Of a stretch of DNA of 64,000 bases, positions 18,353 through 27,946 are shown one piece after another (the first letter of the stretch is position 1; each line of letters begins with the position of its first letter). This stretch comes from an uncultured Acidobacteriaceae bacterium (lineage in GTDB: Bacteria > Acidobacteriota > Terriglobia > Bryobacterales > Bryobacteraceae). Made by a program: the position numbers and the translations under genes. The notes under the pieces were generated by a model, which was given only the letters and a program-made list of their open reading frames with translations, did no database searches and was not told the origin of the DNA. The DNA is taken from positions 17,007-81,006 of the forward strand of contig CAVSTJ010000002.1 of assembly GCA_963730795.1 (NCBI GenBank), in the 5' to 3' direction.

Positions 18353-19408
18353 TCAGGCCAATGCGGCAAGCACTGATATGGATGGCGTTGACAGGTTTGC
18401 GCCCGAGCCGGTAAACGACGCTGGCATATTGAGTGCTTTGCTTTTTATCAGATCTAGATCGTGACCAACCATCTCACGCACTAATTCCTGAAAGGTGTAA
18501 GACGGCTTCCAGTTAAGTTGCTTTATGGCTTTGGCCGGATTGCCTACCAGGAGGTCGACTTCCGCCGGACGATAGAAGCTGGGATCGACGCGAACAAAGT
18601 CCCGGTAATCAAGATCAGCTTCTGCGAAGGCCTGCTCACAGAACTCGCGGACGGAGTGCGTTTCTCCGGTTGCGATCACATAATCATCTGCCTCTGGCTG
18701 TTGCAGCATGAGGTGCATCGCGCGAACGTAATCTGCAGCATGACCCCAATCGCGGCGCGCATCAAGATTACCGAGACGGAGTTCGGATGCGAGGCCAAAT
18801 TTGATACGCGCAACGCTGTGGGTGATCTTACGAGTGACAAATTCGAATCCCCGACGTGGGCTTTCGTGATTGAATAGCAAGCCGGCTGCGCAAAACATCC
18901 CGTACGCCTCGCGATAATTCAGGCTTAGGTAGTAGCCGGCGATTTTGCTGATTCCGTACGGGCTTCGCGGGTGAAACGGCGTGGTCTCAGTTTGCGGCGT
19001 TTCCCGCACCTTACCGAACATTTCGCTGGACCCAGCAAAGTAGAACCGGCATGACGGTTGAAGTTCGCGAAGAGCAGCCAACAGATAATGCGTACCGTTA
19101 CTGTTCGTGTTCATCGTAGAGAAGCCATCAGCGAAGCTTTCCGCCACGAAACTTTGGGCGGCTAGGTGGTAGCATTCGTCAAACTGGTGGCGACTCAATA
19201 TCTGATAGAGACTAGGATAACTTTCTAAGCTTCCGGCATGAAGTTTCAGACGATCCAGAAGGTGTTGCACGCGCGATAATCGCTGATCCGGCTGTTCCAA
19301 TGCCACCCGCCGTACCAGACCATGAACCTCGTACCCAAGATCTAACAGATATTCGGCCAGATAACTGCCGTCTTGACCGGTAAGTCCTGTGATCAGCGTC
19401 CTTCTCAT
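18353..19408 (-). CDS. gmd: GDP-mannose 4,6-dehydratase
   Basis: MRRTLITGLTGQDGSYLAEYLLDLGYEVHGLVRR..., YGISK catalytic region and NHESPRRG motif. The length of 351 aa is typical for Gmd. Confidence 0.95.
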   Translation of the reverse strand: MRRTLITGLTGQDGSYLAEYLLDLGYEVHGLVRRVALEQPDQRLSRVQHLLDRLKLHAGSLESYPSLYQILSRHQFDECYHLAAQSFVAESFADGFSTMNTNSNGTHYLLAALRELQPSCRFYFAGSSEMFGKVRETPQTETTPFHPRSPYGISKIAGYYLSLNYREAYGMFCAAGLLFNHESPRRGFEFVTRKITHSVARIKFGLASELRLGNLDARRDWGHAADYVRAMHLMLQQPEADDYVIATGETHSVREFCEQAFAEADLDYRDFVRVDPSFYRPAEVDLLVGNPAKAIKQLNWKPSYTFQELVREMVGHDLDLIKSKALNMPASFTGSGANLSTPSISVLAALA

Positions 19409-19668
19409 CTACTTGTTGCACCTTCGCAGCGGCATGCATCTCAAACCTCATCGATCCGTTCGAACCAGATGTGGATGCTCTAAATAACCAGAGATTCTAG
19501 ATACCGGAGGCTACAATGTATCACCAATGCGAGAGAAGATGCTAGTGAGATAAGAAAAGAACTGGTGGCTGTTGCTTTAGCCAATAACCAATCGCCTTTC
19601 TCTGGGGTGTTGCTTACGAGTTAGCGCACCCCTGTGTCCGGCAACACCGACTACTTAGTTGAAACCGG

Positions 19669-20823
19669 TCAGCGCCCGCAACTCCCCTGAAACGTGATGT
19701 CCCAACTCTTGTAATTCGGAAAAAACAAGTTCTGGACGCTGACCGTCGTACAATCCAGGCTCCATTCGCCATTCGCCGCTACGCTTGGCTGCCACGAAAA
19801 CTCAGGATCCTGAGGCCAGCGGAACGTGTTGAAGTGCGTGAGTTGCCTGCGATTCGAGCCGTCTGCATTCATAAGCATGAATTCGGTTTTCAGGAACCAG
19901 ACTTGATTGGCGCCCGGATACGGAGCGGAACTCATATAGAGGATGGTCTTTCCGTCGGGAGAAAAAACGCCATGCTCATCCCAGACGTCCGGGGAGTTAG
20001 TCAGGTTGGTTATTTGTCCCGTAAGGATGTTCAAGACAAACTGATCCTGCCCTTGCACGGAGGCATGATTCGGGAATCCCGTATCCGCCGTCAGCACGAG
20101 GTCGTGCCCATTGGGCGAAAAGTTGCCCGGTTCCACCCAATCCGTATTCGGCGGTGTGATATTTCGTAAGTTCGCCAGCTTTGGCACGCCACCAGCCTGC
20201 GTGAAGTCAGCCGCAATGAGTTGCCACTTTCCGAAGGTATAAGCAAAGACATTGCCGTCCACGATTTGCGCCCAGACAGCCGTCATCCCATCGGGCGTAA
20301 TCGCTGGCCCGGTAAAGCCGGTTGCGTTGCTTGGATTCGTGGGACCAAAATCCTGGAGCTTGTACCACGTGGATCCGTCAGGCGTGGTGACCCATAGGTC
20401 CGTCCACAAACCACATTGCAGCCACCCCTCAACGATGGTTGAGTTGGCATACCACGGCATGACAAAGTTTTCTTGCTGGACTGCCACAAAAATCCATTTC
20501 CCGCTCGGATGCCAGTGCGGCTGCATTTTGAACAAACCCGCCTTCGGCGCATTCAATTGGTCCGTGCAGGTAATGCAAACCGCGGCGCCGCCTTTCGGCC
20601 CGACATAGATCTGGGCAACGCCGGTCGCATCTTTTTTGTTCACCAGGTATTGTGTGCCATTCGGAGACGGGATTGTAAGTCCGCCTTGAGCAGATGGCCG
20701 AATGCTCTGTACCGAAAGCGGGTCCTGAGCGGAGGTTTGCGATACAAAGAAAAGACTGAGGAATAGCAGGGCTGATGACTGGAGTTGCACGGTAATTCTC
20801 TGCGAATACCGTGTCAATTCCAA
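19669..20823 (-). CDS. secreted TolB-like beta-propeller protein (PD40-type repeats), paralog of 51523..52749
   Basis: Signal peptide (ALLFLSLFFVSQTSAQ). Repeated SPDG/TPDG blade motifs. It shares long peptide blocks with the 408-aa ORF at 51523..52749. Confidence 0.6.
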   Translation of the reverse strand: MELTRYSQRITVQLQSSALLFLSLFFVSQTSAQDPLSVQSIRPSAQGGLTIPSPNGTQYLVNKKDATGVAQIYVGPKGGAAVCITCTDQLNAPKAGLFKMQPHWHPSGKWIFVAVQQENFVMPWYANSTIVEGWLQCGLWTDLWVTTPDGSTWYKLQDFGPTNPSNATGFTGPAITPDGMTAVWAQIVDGNVFAYTFGKWQLIAADFTQAGGVPKLANLRNITPPNTDWVEPGNFSPNGHDLVLTADTGFPNHASVQGQDQFVLNILTGQITNLTNSPDVWDEHGVFSPDGKTILYMSSAPYPGANQVWFLKTEFMLMNADGSNRRQLTHFNTFRWPQDPEFSWQPSVAANGEWSLDCTTVSVQNLFFPNYKSWDITFQGSCGR

Positions 20824-21143
20824 CCGAAATTATCTGTATTTAATCCGCCTCGCAAGAGGTCAGAGTGCGACCCCCGTTACCACTGAACAATTTTGCGATT
20901 CCTTAGAGCGTTGAAGGGTTTTTCTTATGAGGCAAACCTCGGGCTTCTGGCACGTTGCGGAGTAAGGAGGTGAAATCCGGAGTCGTGAGGTGCTGATAGC
21001 CTATAGCGATTCACTACTTACTCGAGACTGACCTTCGCGGCTGACGAACACGAGTTGTGCCAAGGGGCTCCTCAGCAACACAAAATAGTCGGAAGGTTCA
21101 GTGGACCCAATCGCGTCCCGATGCTACACTTCGCACTGGCTGA

Positions 21144-22352
21144 ATGGGACTCTTAGCCCGCCGATACTACGGCCTTGATGCGCTCCGGGCATCCATGATT
21201 CTGCTCGGCATCGTGTTTCACGTTTCGCTGCCGTACACAGGACTTCCGATGCGCGGCTACTACGTTACGCAACAAAGAAGCCTTTTCTTATTTATTACTG
21301 CGTTTCTCTTGCATTACTTTCGGATGCCAATGTTCTTCCTGCTCTCCGGCTTTTTGTCGGGCATGATATGGGGGCGAGAGGGCACACGTAAGTTCTTGCA
21401 TATTCGATCGCGACGGATCGGACTGGTGTGGTTGCTAGCACAAACGGTACTGCTGCCGATGTCGGCCTTTGCAGGCATCTACAACCACTTTGCAAGCGAA
21501 GGCGGGAATGCACTGACGCCCACTTTGGATGCGATCACGTCGTTCCAAATTAACGTGGGTTGGTTACCGGAGGTGTCGATCCATCTCTGGTTCCTTGAAT
21601 ACCTGATGTTGTTCTCCCTGTGCGGAGCGGTACTCATGGACCTCCTGAGAGGCTTCGCAACCCGCATTGATTACGTGACGAATAAGGTGCTTTGGTCCAG
21701 ACTTCGAATTTTTGTCCTCGCCGTACCCACCGCAGCAACACTCAACCAGATGCCATTTGCGGTGATTCCCTACCCGACCAGTCTTGTCCCGTGGTTTTGG
21801 GTAGTGCTCGCGTACGGATGGTTCTATGCCGTGGGCTGGCTCATCTATCGGCGGCGCGATCTATTGCCTTTTCTGGTCAACAGGATGCAAGGGGAGAAGC
21901 TCGCGCTGCCGATCTTCATGTTAGCCACTGTTCTGTTGCTTCAAAGGCGCAATAAATTCGGATTGCATCAGAGCGCGCAAGTGCTTGACCTGGGAATTGC
22001 ATTGTTCACGGCTTTAACCGTGTGGTCTACGGTCATGCTCCTGATGACGGCCTGCCAGAATGTAGGTCCAAGCCGGCGCCTTACATACCTTGCGGATTCC
22101 TCTTATTGGGTGTATCTAATGCATTATCCACTGGCAATGTTGATGCCTGCCTTGCTCCGCAACTGGCAAGCTTCAGCTCTCACGAAGGTAGTCTGCTCGA
22201 CCTCTCTCATCTTCGCCGTGCTCCTGCTGACATACGATCGGTTCGTTCGCTACACAGCGATGGGCCGAGTACTACACGGAACTCGCGTTCGCACACACAT
22301 GAGTACACCGAGCCCGCAGCCTCATCCCTCTGCCCTCACCCAGGCTGATTGA
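21144..22352 (+). CDS. acyltransferase family 3 integral membrane protein (O-acyltransferase)
   Basis: LDALRASMILLGIVFHV N-terminal signature (conserved His) and about 10 TM helices. Confidence 0.8.
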   Translation: MGLLARRYYGLDALRASMILLGIVFHVSLPYTGLPMRGYYVTQQRSLFLFITAFLLHYFRMPMFFLLSGFLSGMIWGREGTRKFLHIRSRRIGLVWLLAQTVLLPMSAFAGIYNHFASEGGNALTPTLDAITSFQINVGWLPEVSIHLWFLEYLMLFSLCGAVLMDLLRGFATRIDYVTNKVLWSRLRIFVLAVPTAATLNQMPFAVIPYPTSLVPWFWVVLAYGWFYAVGWLIYRRRDLLPFLVNRMQGEKLALPIFMLATVLLLQRRNKFGLHQSAQVLDLGIALFTALTVWSTVMLLMTACQNVGPSRRLTYLADSSYWVYLMHYPLAMLMPALLRNWQASALTKVVCSTSLIFAVLLLTYDRFVRYTAMGRVLHGTRVRTHMSTPSPQPHPSALTQAD

Positions 22353-22442
22353 GAAGTAGTGCCTTGGAGTATCCGACACGCTTGGGTGGCGACGCGGTGC
22401 TCAGATCCATATCCCTTCCGGCGCTGTATAGGCGCTGCTCAC

Positions 22443-23210
22443 TTAATGAGCCGAGAAGCCGCCGTCAAGCACCAGCGTCTGGCCAGTCATCCAGCGGCCC
22501 GCATCGGAGATGAGGTACGCAGCCGCGCACGCCACGTCCCAGGTGGTGCCGAGTCCCAAAGGGTGTTGGGCCACGATGCCCGCGAACTGCTCCTCGCTGA
22601 GGGATGTTCGAATCTGGTCAGTCATCTCGGACTGCACCATACCCGGAGCGATGCAGTTCACTCTGATGCCCTCCCGCGCTAACTCGATTGCGAGACTCCT
22701 GGTCAGCCCGATCAGGGCAGCTTTCGATGCAGCGTACGCCGACGTGCCGGGCGAGCCGACAATCGCACTGACAGAACTGACGAAGACAACGCTGCTGCTG
22801 GGTGCGCAGCATCTCTTCTGCCGAAAGCCCTTGGCAAGAATCACCGCACTATCGAAGTTCACCCGAAAGGTCTCATGCAGAACCTCGGGTGACAATCCGC
22901 GAAGCCCCACGGTCTTCCGAATGCCGGCTGCGTGAACCAGACCATCGAACGGGCCATAGAGATCTGCCAAGGACTTGATCCATGCGGGAATAGCGTCGAG
23001 ATCCGCTAAGTCGAACGGCTCGGTCGCGTGTGCACCGTCTGTCATTCGCACGAGCGTCGCTTTGAGCTGCTCAGCCCTCCGGCCGCTCACAACAACGCGG
23101 CACCCAAGTTCACTCAGCACGACTGCTGTCTCACGTCCGATACCGGACGAGCCGCCCGTCACCAATACGGTGCGGCCGGTGAGGTCAAGTGGCTTTCGTC
23201 GTGGAGTCAT
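22443..23210 (-). CDS. SDR family oxidoreductase (FabG-like ketoreductase)
   Basis: TGRTVLVTGGSSGIGRE (TGxxxGxG), NCIAPG and YAASKAA (YxxxK). Confidence 0.9.
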   Translation of the reverse strand: MTPRRKPLDLTGRTVLVTGGSSGIGRETAVVLSELGCRVVVSGRRAEQLKATLVRMTDGAHATEPFDLADLDAIPAWIKSLADLYGPFDGLVHAAGIRKTVGLRGLSPEVLHETFRVNFDSAVILAKGFRQKRCCAPSSSVVFVSSVSAIVGSPGTSAYAASKAALIGLTRSLAIELAREGIRVNCIAPGMVQSEMTDQIRTSLSEEQFAGIVAQHPLGLGTTWDVACAAAYLISDAGRWMTGQTLVLDGGFSAH

Positions 23211-23271
23211 AAGTCGTTAGCTTGTCACTGGTATACTACGTTGTCTAAACGAGACGAACTACCACTGAAGC

Positions 23272-24696
23272 ATGCTTTCAGATACTCCGCAAAGACATGA
23301 GCCACTGAAATCCTTTCCGCTCAGCCCGGTCGAAAGTATGTTCTGGCGGCTTGAAGAGGGTTCGCGGGGCATCTTCCGCGTGATCCTGCTATTTCGGGTC
23401 ACGGGCTGCGTTGAGGCAAAGCTCCTACTCATCGCCCTTCGTGAGGTTCAGCGGCACCACCCGAAGCTGCGAGCTGTGGTTGCCGAGGATGAGCATGGGC
23501 GGCTTCAGTACGAGGTTAGTGACGCGAGCCCACCGATTGCGTTTGAGATACGAGACTACGACGAGGAGGAGTCGCCTTGGCGCGAAGAAACGCGGCGGCT
23601 GCTCGAGCTTGAATTCCCAGTACGTGGACCATTCGCGGCCGTGACCGTCTTCCGCAATCGGTCACAGAGCCAATCTGATCTCATCCTCGCAGTGCATCAT
23701 GCGATTGCAGACGGTTTATCGGCCATCATGCTCATAGACGATCTCCTGACGGAGTATGCAAATGCCGAACAGAATCTGCAATTGCCACCGCGTCCGGTTC
23801 TTCCTGCATTCACAGCAGCAAACGCGAAAACCTCCCGTAGATGGCGTGACCGCGGCTGGTTATTCCGAAGGTTCTTGCGGATCCAGCGCGAGGAAAAGCG
23901 TTCACGCCCGACTCCGCTGCCCGAGTCGGCTGGCATTACTCCGCAATCGCAATGGGTGCATTGGATATTTTCTCGCGCGGATACTTCGAGGTTCGTTCGG
24001 CGCTGCCGGATCGAGAAAACATCCGTAAATGGGGCGATGGTGGCCGCGGTATGTTGTGGCCTTATGGATTGCCTGCCAGTAGAAGAGGCTTTATTTAAAT
24101 GCCAGTTCCCGCTCAATCTTCGCGAAGCGCTCGTCGGGGCGGAAGGACCGGTCACGGACCGTGATCTTGGCTGCTTCGTCAGCGTGATGAACGAGCTCTT
24201 CGAAGTACGCAAGAATCTCGATTTCTGGCATTTCGCAAGATCTGTGCAAGGAAAAGTTCAGGCCTTTGTACAACACGAAGGACCTTCCTTCTACTACAAC
24301 CTGATGTCGCTGCTGGAGCGCCGCCTCTTCGTAAGTGGGTTGCGGAGACTGCCAGGCTCTAATACCCGGGTAACGCTACTCGCCACGAGCTACGGTTTGC
24401 TGAACGTGCGTGATACCTATGGGAGCCTTCGACCCCGCGGTTGTACGCTCATGTTCAAGAACGACGCTGTTGGGCCGTGGCTTGTGATGGAAGGACTGGT
24501 GATGGGACAACAACTGAACATCGGCTTCGGGGGAGACGGTCTTGAACCGTCCTTCTGGGAGCGGCTTCAGTTGGCTGTCCGCAAACATCTCGATATCGCC
24601 TGTTCGGAGAAAGCTGGACGGATGCTCTCACCCGATGGCACGACAGATCAAAACGAAGCCGGCCCCCAGCGGATGAGCGTGGCTGCCCACGAATAG
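23272..24696 (+). CDS. stand-alone condensation-domain / PapA5-type acyltransferase
   Basis: HHxxxDG motif in LILAVHHAIADGLSAIMLIDDL. At 474 aa it is the size of a single C domain, and no A or PCP domain is attached. Confidence 0.7.
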   Translation: MLSDTPQRHEPLKSFPLSPVESMFWRLEEGSRGIFRVILLFRVTGCVEAKLLLIALREVQRHHPKLRAVVAEDEHGRLQYEVSDASPPIAFEIRDYDEEESPWREETRRLLELEFPVRGPFAAVTVFRNRSQSQSDLILAVHHAIADGLSAIMLIDDLLTEYANAEQNLQLPPRPVLPAFTAANAKTSRRWRDRGWLFRRFLRIQREEKRSRPTPLPESAGITPQSQWVHWIFSRADTSRFVRRCRIEKTSVNGAMVAAVCCGLMDCLPVEEALFKCQFPLNLREALVGAEGPVTDRDLGCFVSVMNELFEVRKNLDFWHFARSVQGKVQAFVQHEGPSFYYNLMSLLERRLFVSGLRRLPGSNTRVTLLATSYGLLNVRDTYGSLRPRGCTLMFKNDAVGPWLVMEGLVMGQQLNIGFGGDGLEPSFWERLQLAVRKHLDIACSEKAGRMLSPDGTTDQNEAGPQRMSVAAHE

Positions 24697-25670
24697 CCAA
24701 CGCCGAACCCGACTAACATGACAAGCGCTCCAGGCTTAAGCTGCCCCTGAGTCTCGGCGTGCTCCAAGGCCATTGGGATTGACGAGGATACGGTATTACC
24801 GACGTACTCCATTGCAAAGACGAATTTTTCCTCGGGGATATGCAACTTTCGCCGCAGGTGGTCGAGCATGAAACGATTTGCCTGATGAAACACAAACAGG
24901 TCCACCTGTTCCATGCTGATGCCAGTCTTGTTGAGCAGTTTTGTTATTGCATCCGGCACCATACGCAAAGTGAAGTTGAAGATTTCTGCACCATTCATGT
25001 ACAGGTCATTTACGGTCCGTGCGTTGCCGCTTTCGTCTGATACCAGCTCCGCCTCAGCGACAATCGATCGACGCATGCCACCGGTGGGAACTATCAGATT
25101 CCCGGCACCAGCGCCGTCCGTGCCGTAGACAAACGGACCGATTAAGGATTCCTGCTCCCGTCCGACCACTAACGTAGCGGCCGCCCCGTCGCCGAACAGC
25201 GTGCGCACACTCTTGTCGGCCGGATTCAGCAGTTTGCTATAGGTGTCTGAGGTGATCAGGATAATTGTCGTCGCCTGCCCGCTGTCTATCAGGGCTTTCG
25301 CCAATCCAAGTCCATACACGTATCCTGAACACCCGAGATTGAAGTCGAGGGCCCCACAAGAAATTGGCAACCCAAGGCGGTGCTGCAGAACACAGGCGGT
25401 TGTTGGGAGGATGTAGTCCGGAGTCTGCGTGCAGCAGAGAAGATAATCGATGCTCGAACGCTCGATACCCGTGTCCTCAGCCAACTTTTTCACCGCACGC
25501 ACTGCAAGATCCGAGGCGCATTCATCGGGGGCAGCGATGCGCCTGGTTCGAATGCCCGTTTTTGCGTAGATTTTGTCGGCCGACCATCCTTCGTACTGGG
25601 AAGCCAACTGCTCGTTGTCGAGAACCGTCTCCGGAAGCGTTGTTCGAATGGCCGCGAGAAAAGCTTTCAT
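24648..25670 (-). CDS. 3-oxoacyl-ACP synthase III (FabH-like KAS III)
   Basis: Cys-His-Asn triad contexts GCSGYVYGL, FVFHQANRFM and YVGNTVSSSIP. GGAG lies 10 nt upstream of the ATG. Confidence 0.9.
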   Translation of the reverse strand: MKAFLAAIRTTLPETVLDNEQLASQYEGWSADKIYAKTGIRTRRIAAPDECASDLAVRAVKKLAEDTGIERSSIDYLLCCTQTPDYILPTTACVLQHRLGLPISCGALDFNLGCSGYVYGLGLAKALIDSGQATTIILITSDTYSKLLNPADKSVRTLFGDGAAATLVVGREQESLIGPFVYGTDGAGAGNLIVPTGGMRRSIVAEAELVSDESGNARTVNDLYMNGAEIFNFTLRMVPDAITKLLNKTGISMEQVDLFVFHQANRFMLDHLRRKLHIPEEKFVFAMEYVGNTVSSSIPMALEHAETQGQLKPGALVMLVGFGVGYSWAATLIRWGPASF

Positions 25671-25722
25671 ATTCTGGCTCCGCGACTGTTCATTCGCTCG
25701 CTCCAGCGTGATTCGTTTTGAG

Positions 25723-25956
25723 TCAAGCGGCTAATCGGTCACCGAGCAAACCAAGGAGATCTGAGACTGTCTTTGATTTGGCGATTCTGTCGCCCGAGAC
25801 GGCCACTCCAGTTTTCTCGTCTGCAAGAGCAATGAACAAGACAGCGGCCATTGAATCCCAGCCTTCTATTTCCGTCAACCGTTTGTGTTCATTCAGGCTG
25901 CCGCTAGGCAATTCCATTTGAACCTCCAGCTCTCGTAAAAACTCACCTTTCGTCAC
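25723..25956 (-). CDS. acyl carrier protein
   Basis: LTEIEGWDSMAAVLFIALAD carries the phosphopantetheine Ser. I placed the start at GTG 25956 (GGAG upstream, no overlap with the sulfotransferase gene). The track ORF extends to 26007. Confidence 0.7.
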   Translation of the reverse strand: MTKGEFLRELEVQMELPSGSLNEHKRLTEIEGWDSMAAVLFIALADEKTGVAVSGDRIAKSKTVSDLLGLLGDRLAA

Positions 25957-25979
25957 GTGTCTTAGTCTCCCAGTTGCGG

Positions 25980-26651
25980 TTATCTTGGCATGGACATGGC
26001 ATCGCAATTGCTCTCAAAGGCCGCAGAACGGTTCCGGTAGAGTGAGGGATCAATCACGCCCATCATGGCGTCGGTATCCAGCCGAAGATCAAGGAATCGG
26101 CTAATTTCGGAGACCGTCTGTCCGGGCTGCCCCAAAACGTTATCGTAGTCCAGATAAAGAATCTCGAAATTGCTTTTCCTCTCCATCCAACTGTATAGCT
26201 TTTGAAGCTGCTCATCGAACGACCCCGCCAACTGTTCTGGGCTAAGAGAGCTTTGTTCTTGCCGTCTGCGAAGCATTACCTTTTGGGACGCGATTACCTC
26301 GTTGAGGTTCCGCCTCATGAAAATGACCTTATACATCTGATCCGCGGGTAAGGCATAGAGCAATACATAGATGACCTTTACGGCCTTCCCAAGAGCATGA
26401 GGCAGCCACGAGGCGTCCTTGTCCATCCGCTTGACGGCCTCGAACTCGTAGTAGCCACGCGGATTATCTTCGTCTGCCTTCCTGAATCCGTCAGTGAGTA
26501 CAGGGATCCCGCCGCTTTCGAGCATGCGCATCATCATGGATGTTCCGGATCTGGGAAGACCTGAAACAACGGTTATGAAATTATTTTGCCCTGTGTCCAA
26601 TACATTCTCCTCGAAGTACATCTGCAAAACTTGTCCCGGTATCCACGGCAT
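25980..26651 (-). CDS. PAPS-dependent sulfotransferase family protein
   Basis: 5'-PSB loop FITVVSGLPRSGTSMMMRML. At 223 aa it fits the size of a Sulfotransfer_3-type enzyme. Confidence 0.8.
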   Translation of the reverse strand: MPWIPGQVLQMYFEENVLDTGQNNFITVVSGLPRSGTSMMMRMLESGGIPVLTDGFRKADEDNPRGYYEFEAVKRMDKDASWLPHALGKAVKVIYVLLYALPADQMYKVIFMRRNLNEVIASQKVMLRRRQEQSSLSPEQLAGSFDEQLQKLYSWMERKSNFEILYLDYDNVLGQPGQTVSEISRFLDLRLDTDAMMGVIDPSLYRNRSAAFESNCDAMSMPR

Positions 26652-26652
26652 C

Positions 26653-27928
26653 TCACATCCGTGCCGCGTTCGCTACACTCTGCTGAATTATCTCCACGGC
26701 ACTTAGGACTCCGCTCTCCTGACCTATGCGCCTGCCAAGCTCAGCAGCGCGGCCGCGCATCTCCTTATTCGAAGTTGCCTGAACCGCTTCGGTCAAGGAA
26801 TTCTCGGTCAATTGTTTGGCAGGAATCGGACGTGGACCAGCGCCAAGATCATATACTCGACTTGCCCAGAAAGGTTGGTCCGCAAACACGGGCACAACGG
26901 CGGCAGGCAACCCGGCGCGTAATGCCGCTCCCGTTACGCCGGCTCCCCCATGATGAACCGCTGCACAGACACGGGAGAAAAGCCAGGCGTGCGGCACCGA
27001 GTTCAAACTGATAACGTCATCACTAAGCCTTCCCGTGGATAGTCCGCTCCCGCCTGCCAGAATTACTCCGCGCTTATGTGCACGTTCGAGAGCTCGAACC
27101 ACCAACCGGGTAGATACTTCGGGCTGCGGAAAAGGTGTACTGCCGAAACCGACGAAGACCGGGGGTGGACCGGATTCGAGAAAATCGACCAATTCTGCCG
27201 GCGGTACCCAATCTGAACCATCGTTCAAGAACCAATAACCGGTAACATGAATCCACTCATTCCAGTCAGGTGGTCGCGGTACAACCGCAGCGCTATAGGC
27301 GTCGAGGATAGGAAGGCGCCTCCGGTCCAAGACCTTAAAGGGTTCCATCAGCGGCAAAGGATGCAACCCGAGTACAGTTGTGCGTGCCGCATTTGTGTTC
27401 CGCCGAAGCATGCTCCACATCACCGTCCGGAACACGGCATGTTGGAACGCAGTCCACTCTCCTCTCAAGAGTGGTTGCTACATTCTTTTTTCCAGCCCAA
27501 TCATATTGCGTCCGCGCGAACGGGCTGGTCTGAACCCGTATCAAAGGGACATTGAGCCGTTCGGCAATGTGAACGCCTAAAAGAATACCCATTCCCGAGA
27601 CGACGATCGCTTCCACGTCGCTGCAATCGCGCCAATACGTAGCCATTCCCTCTTCGATAAGGGATCCGGCAAGGCGCACAAAACCTTTCAGAAAACCCGC
27701 GGCGGTGGTTCGGCCGCGGACCCACTCGCGTCCCGCATCGGTGTTCGCCATGTCGAGCGGTCTGCCGCCAATTGAAAGGTGATGGAGTCCGTACGGCTGA
27801 ACGAGATCCTCAAAGCCACCGAGCGTGACGATCCGCACCCGGTGACCCGCGTCCCGCAGACCAATGCACAGGGCGATGTAGGGTTGAACATCGCCCCTGG
27901 AGCCGATAGCTAAGACATCGATACGCAT
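26653..27928 (-). pseudogene. GT1 (GT28-N / sterol-glucosyltransferase-like UDP-glycosyltransferase), frame-disrupted
   Basis: The N-terminal half (MRIDVLAIGSRGDVQPYIALCIGLRDAGHRV...) is in ORF 27335..27928. The C-terminal half (HVTGYWF...VFVGFGS...HHGGAGVTGAALRAGLPAAVVPVFADQPFW) is in ORF 26653..27468. The frames switch near 27455-27480. The total span is 1 mod 3. Confidence 0.75.
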
Positions 27929-27946
27929 GCGCGTCGAGTGGCTTTA

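Noticed and set aside
19590-19668. Nested stem-loops (GGTGTTGC...GCAACACC / GGGGTG...CACCCC) downstream of the propeller gene, considered as an intrinsic terminator
   Set aside because: The loops are long (17-27 nt) and no U-tract follows on the transcript strand.
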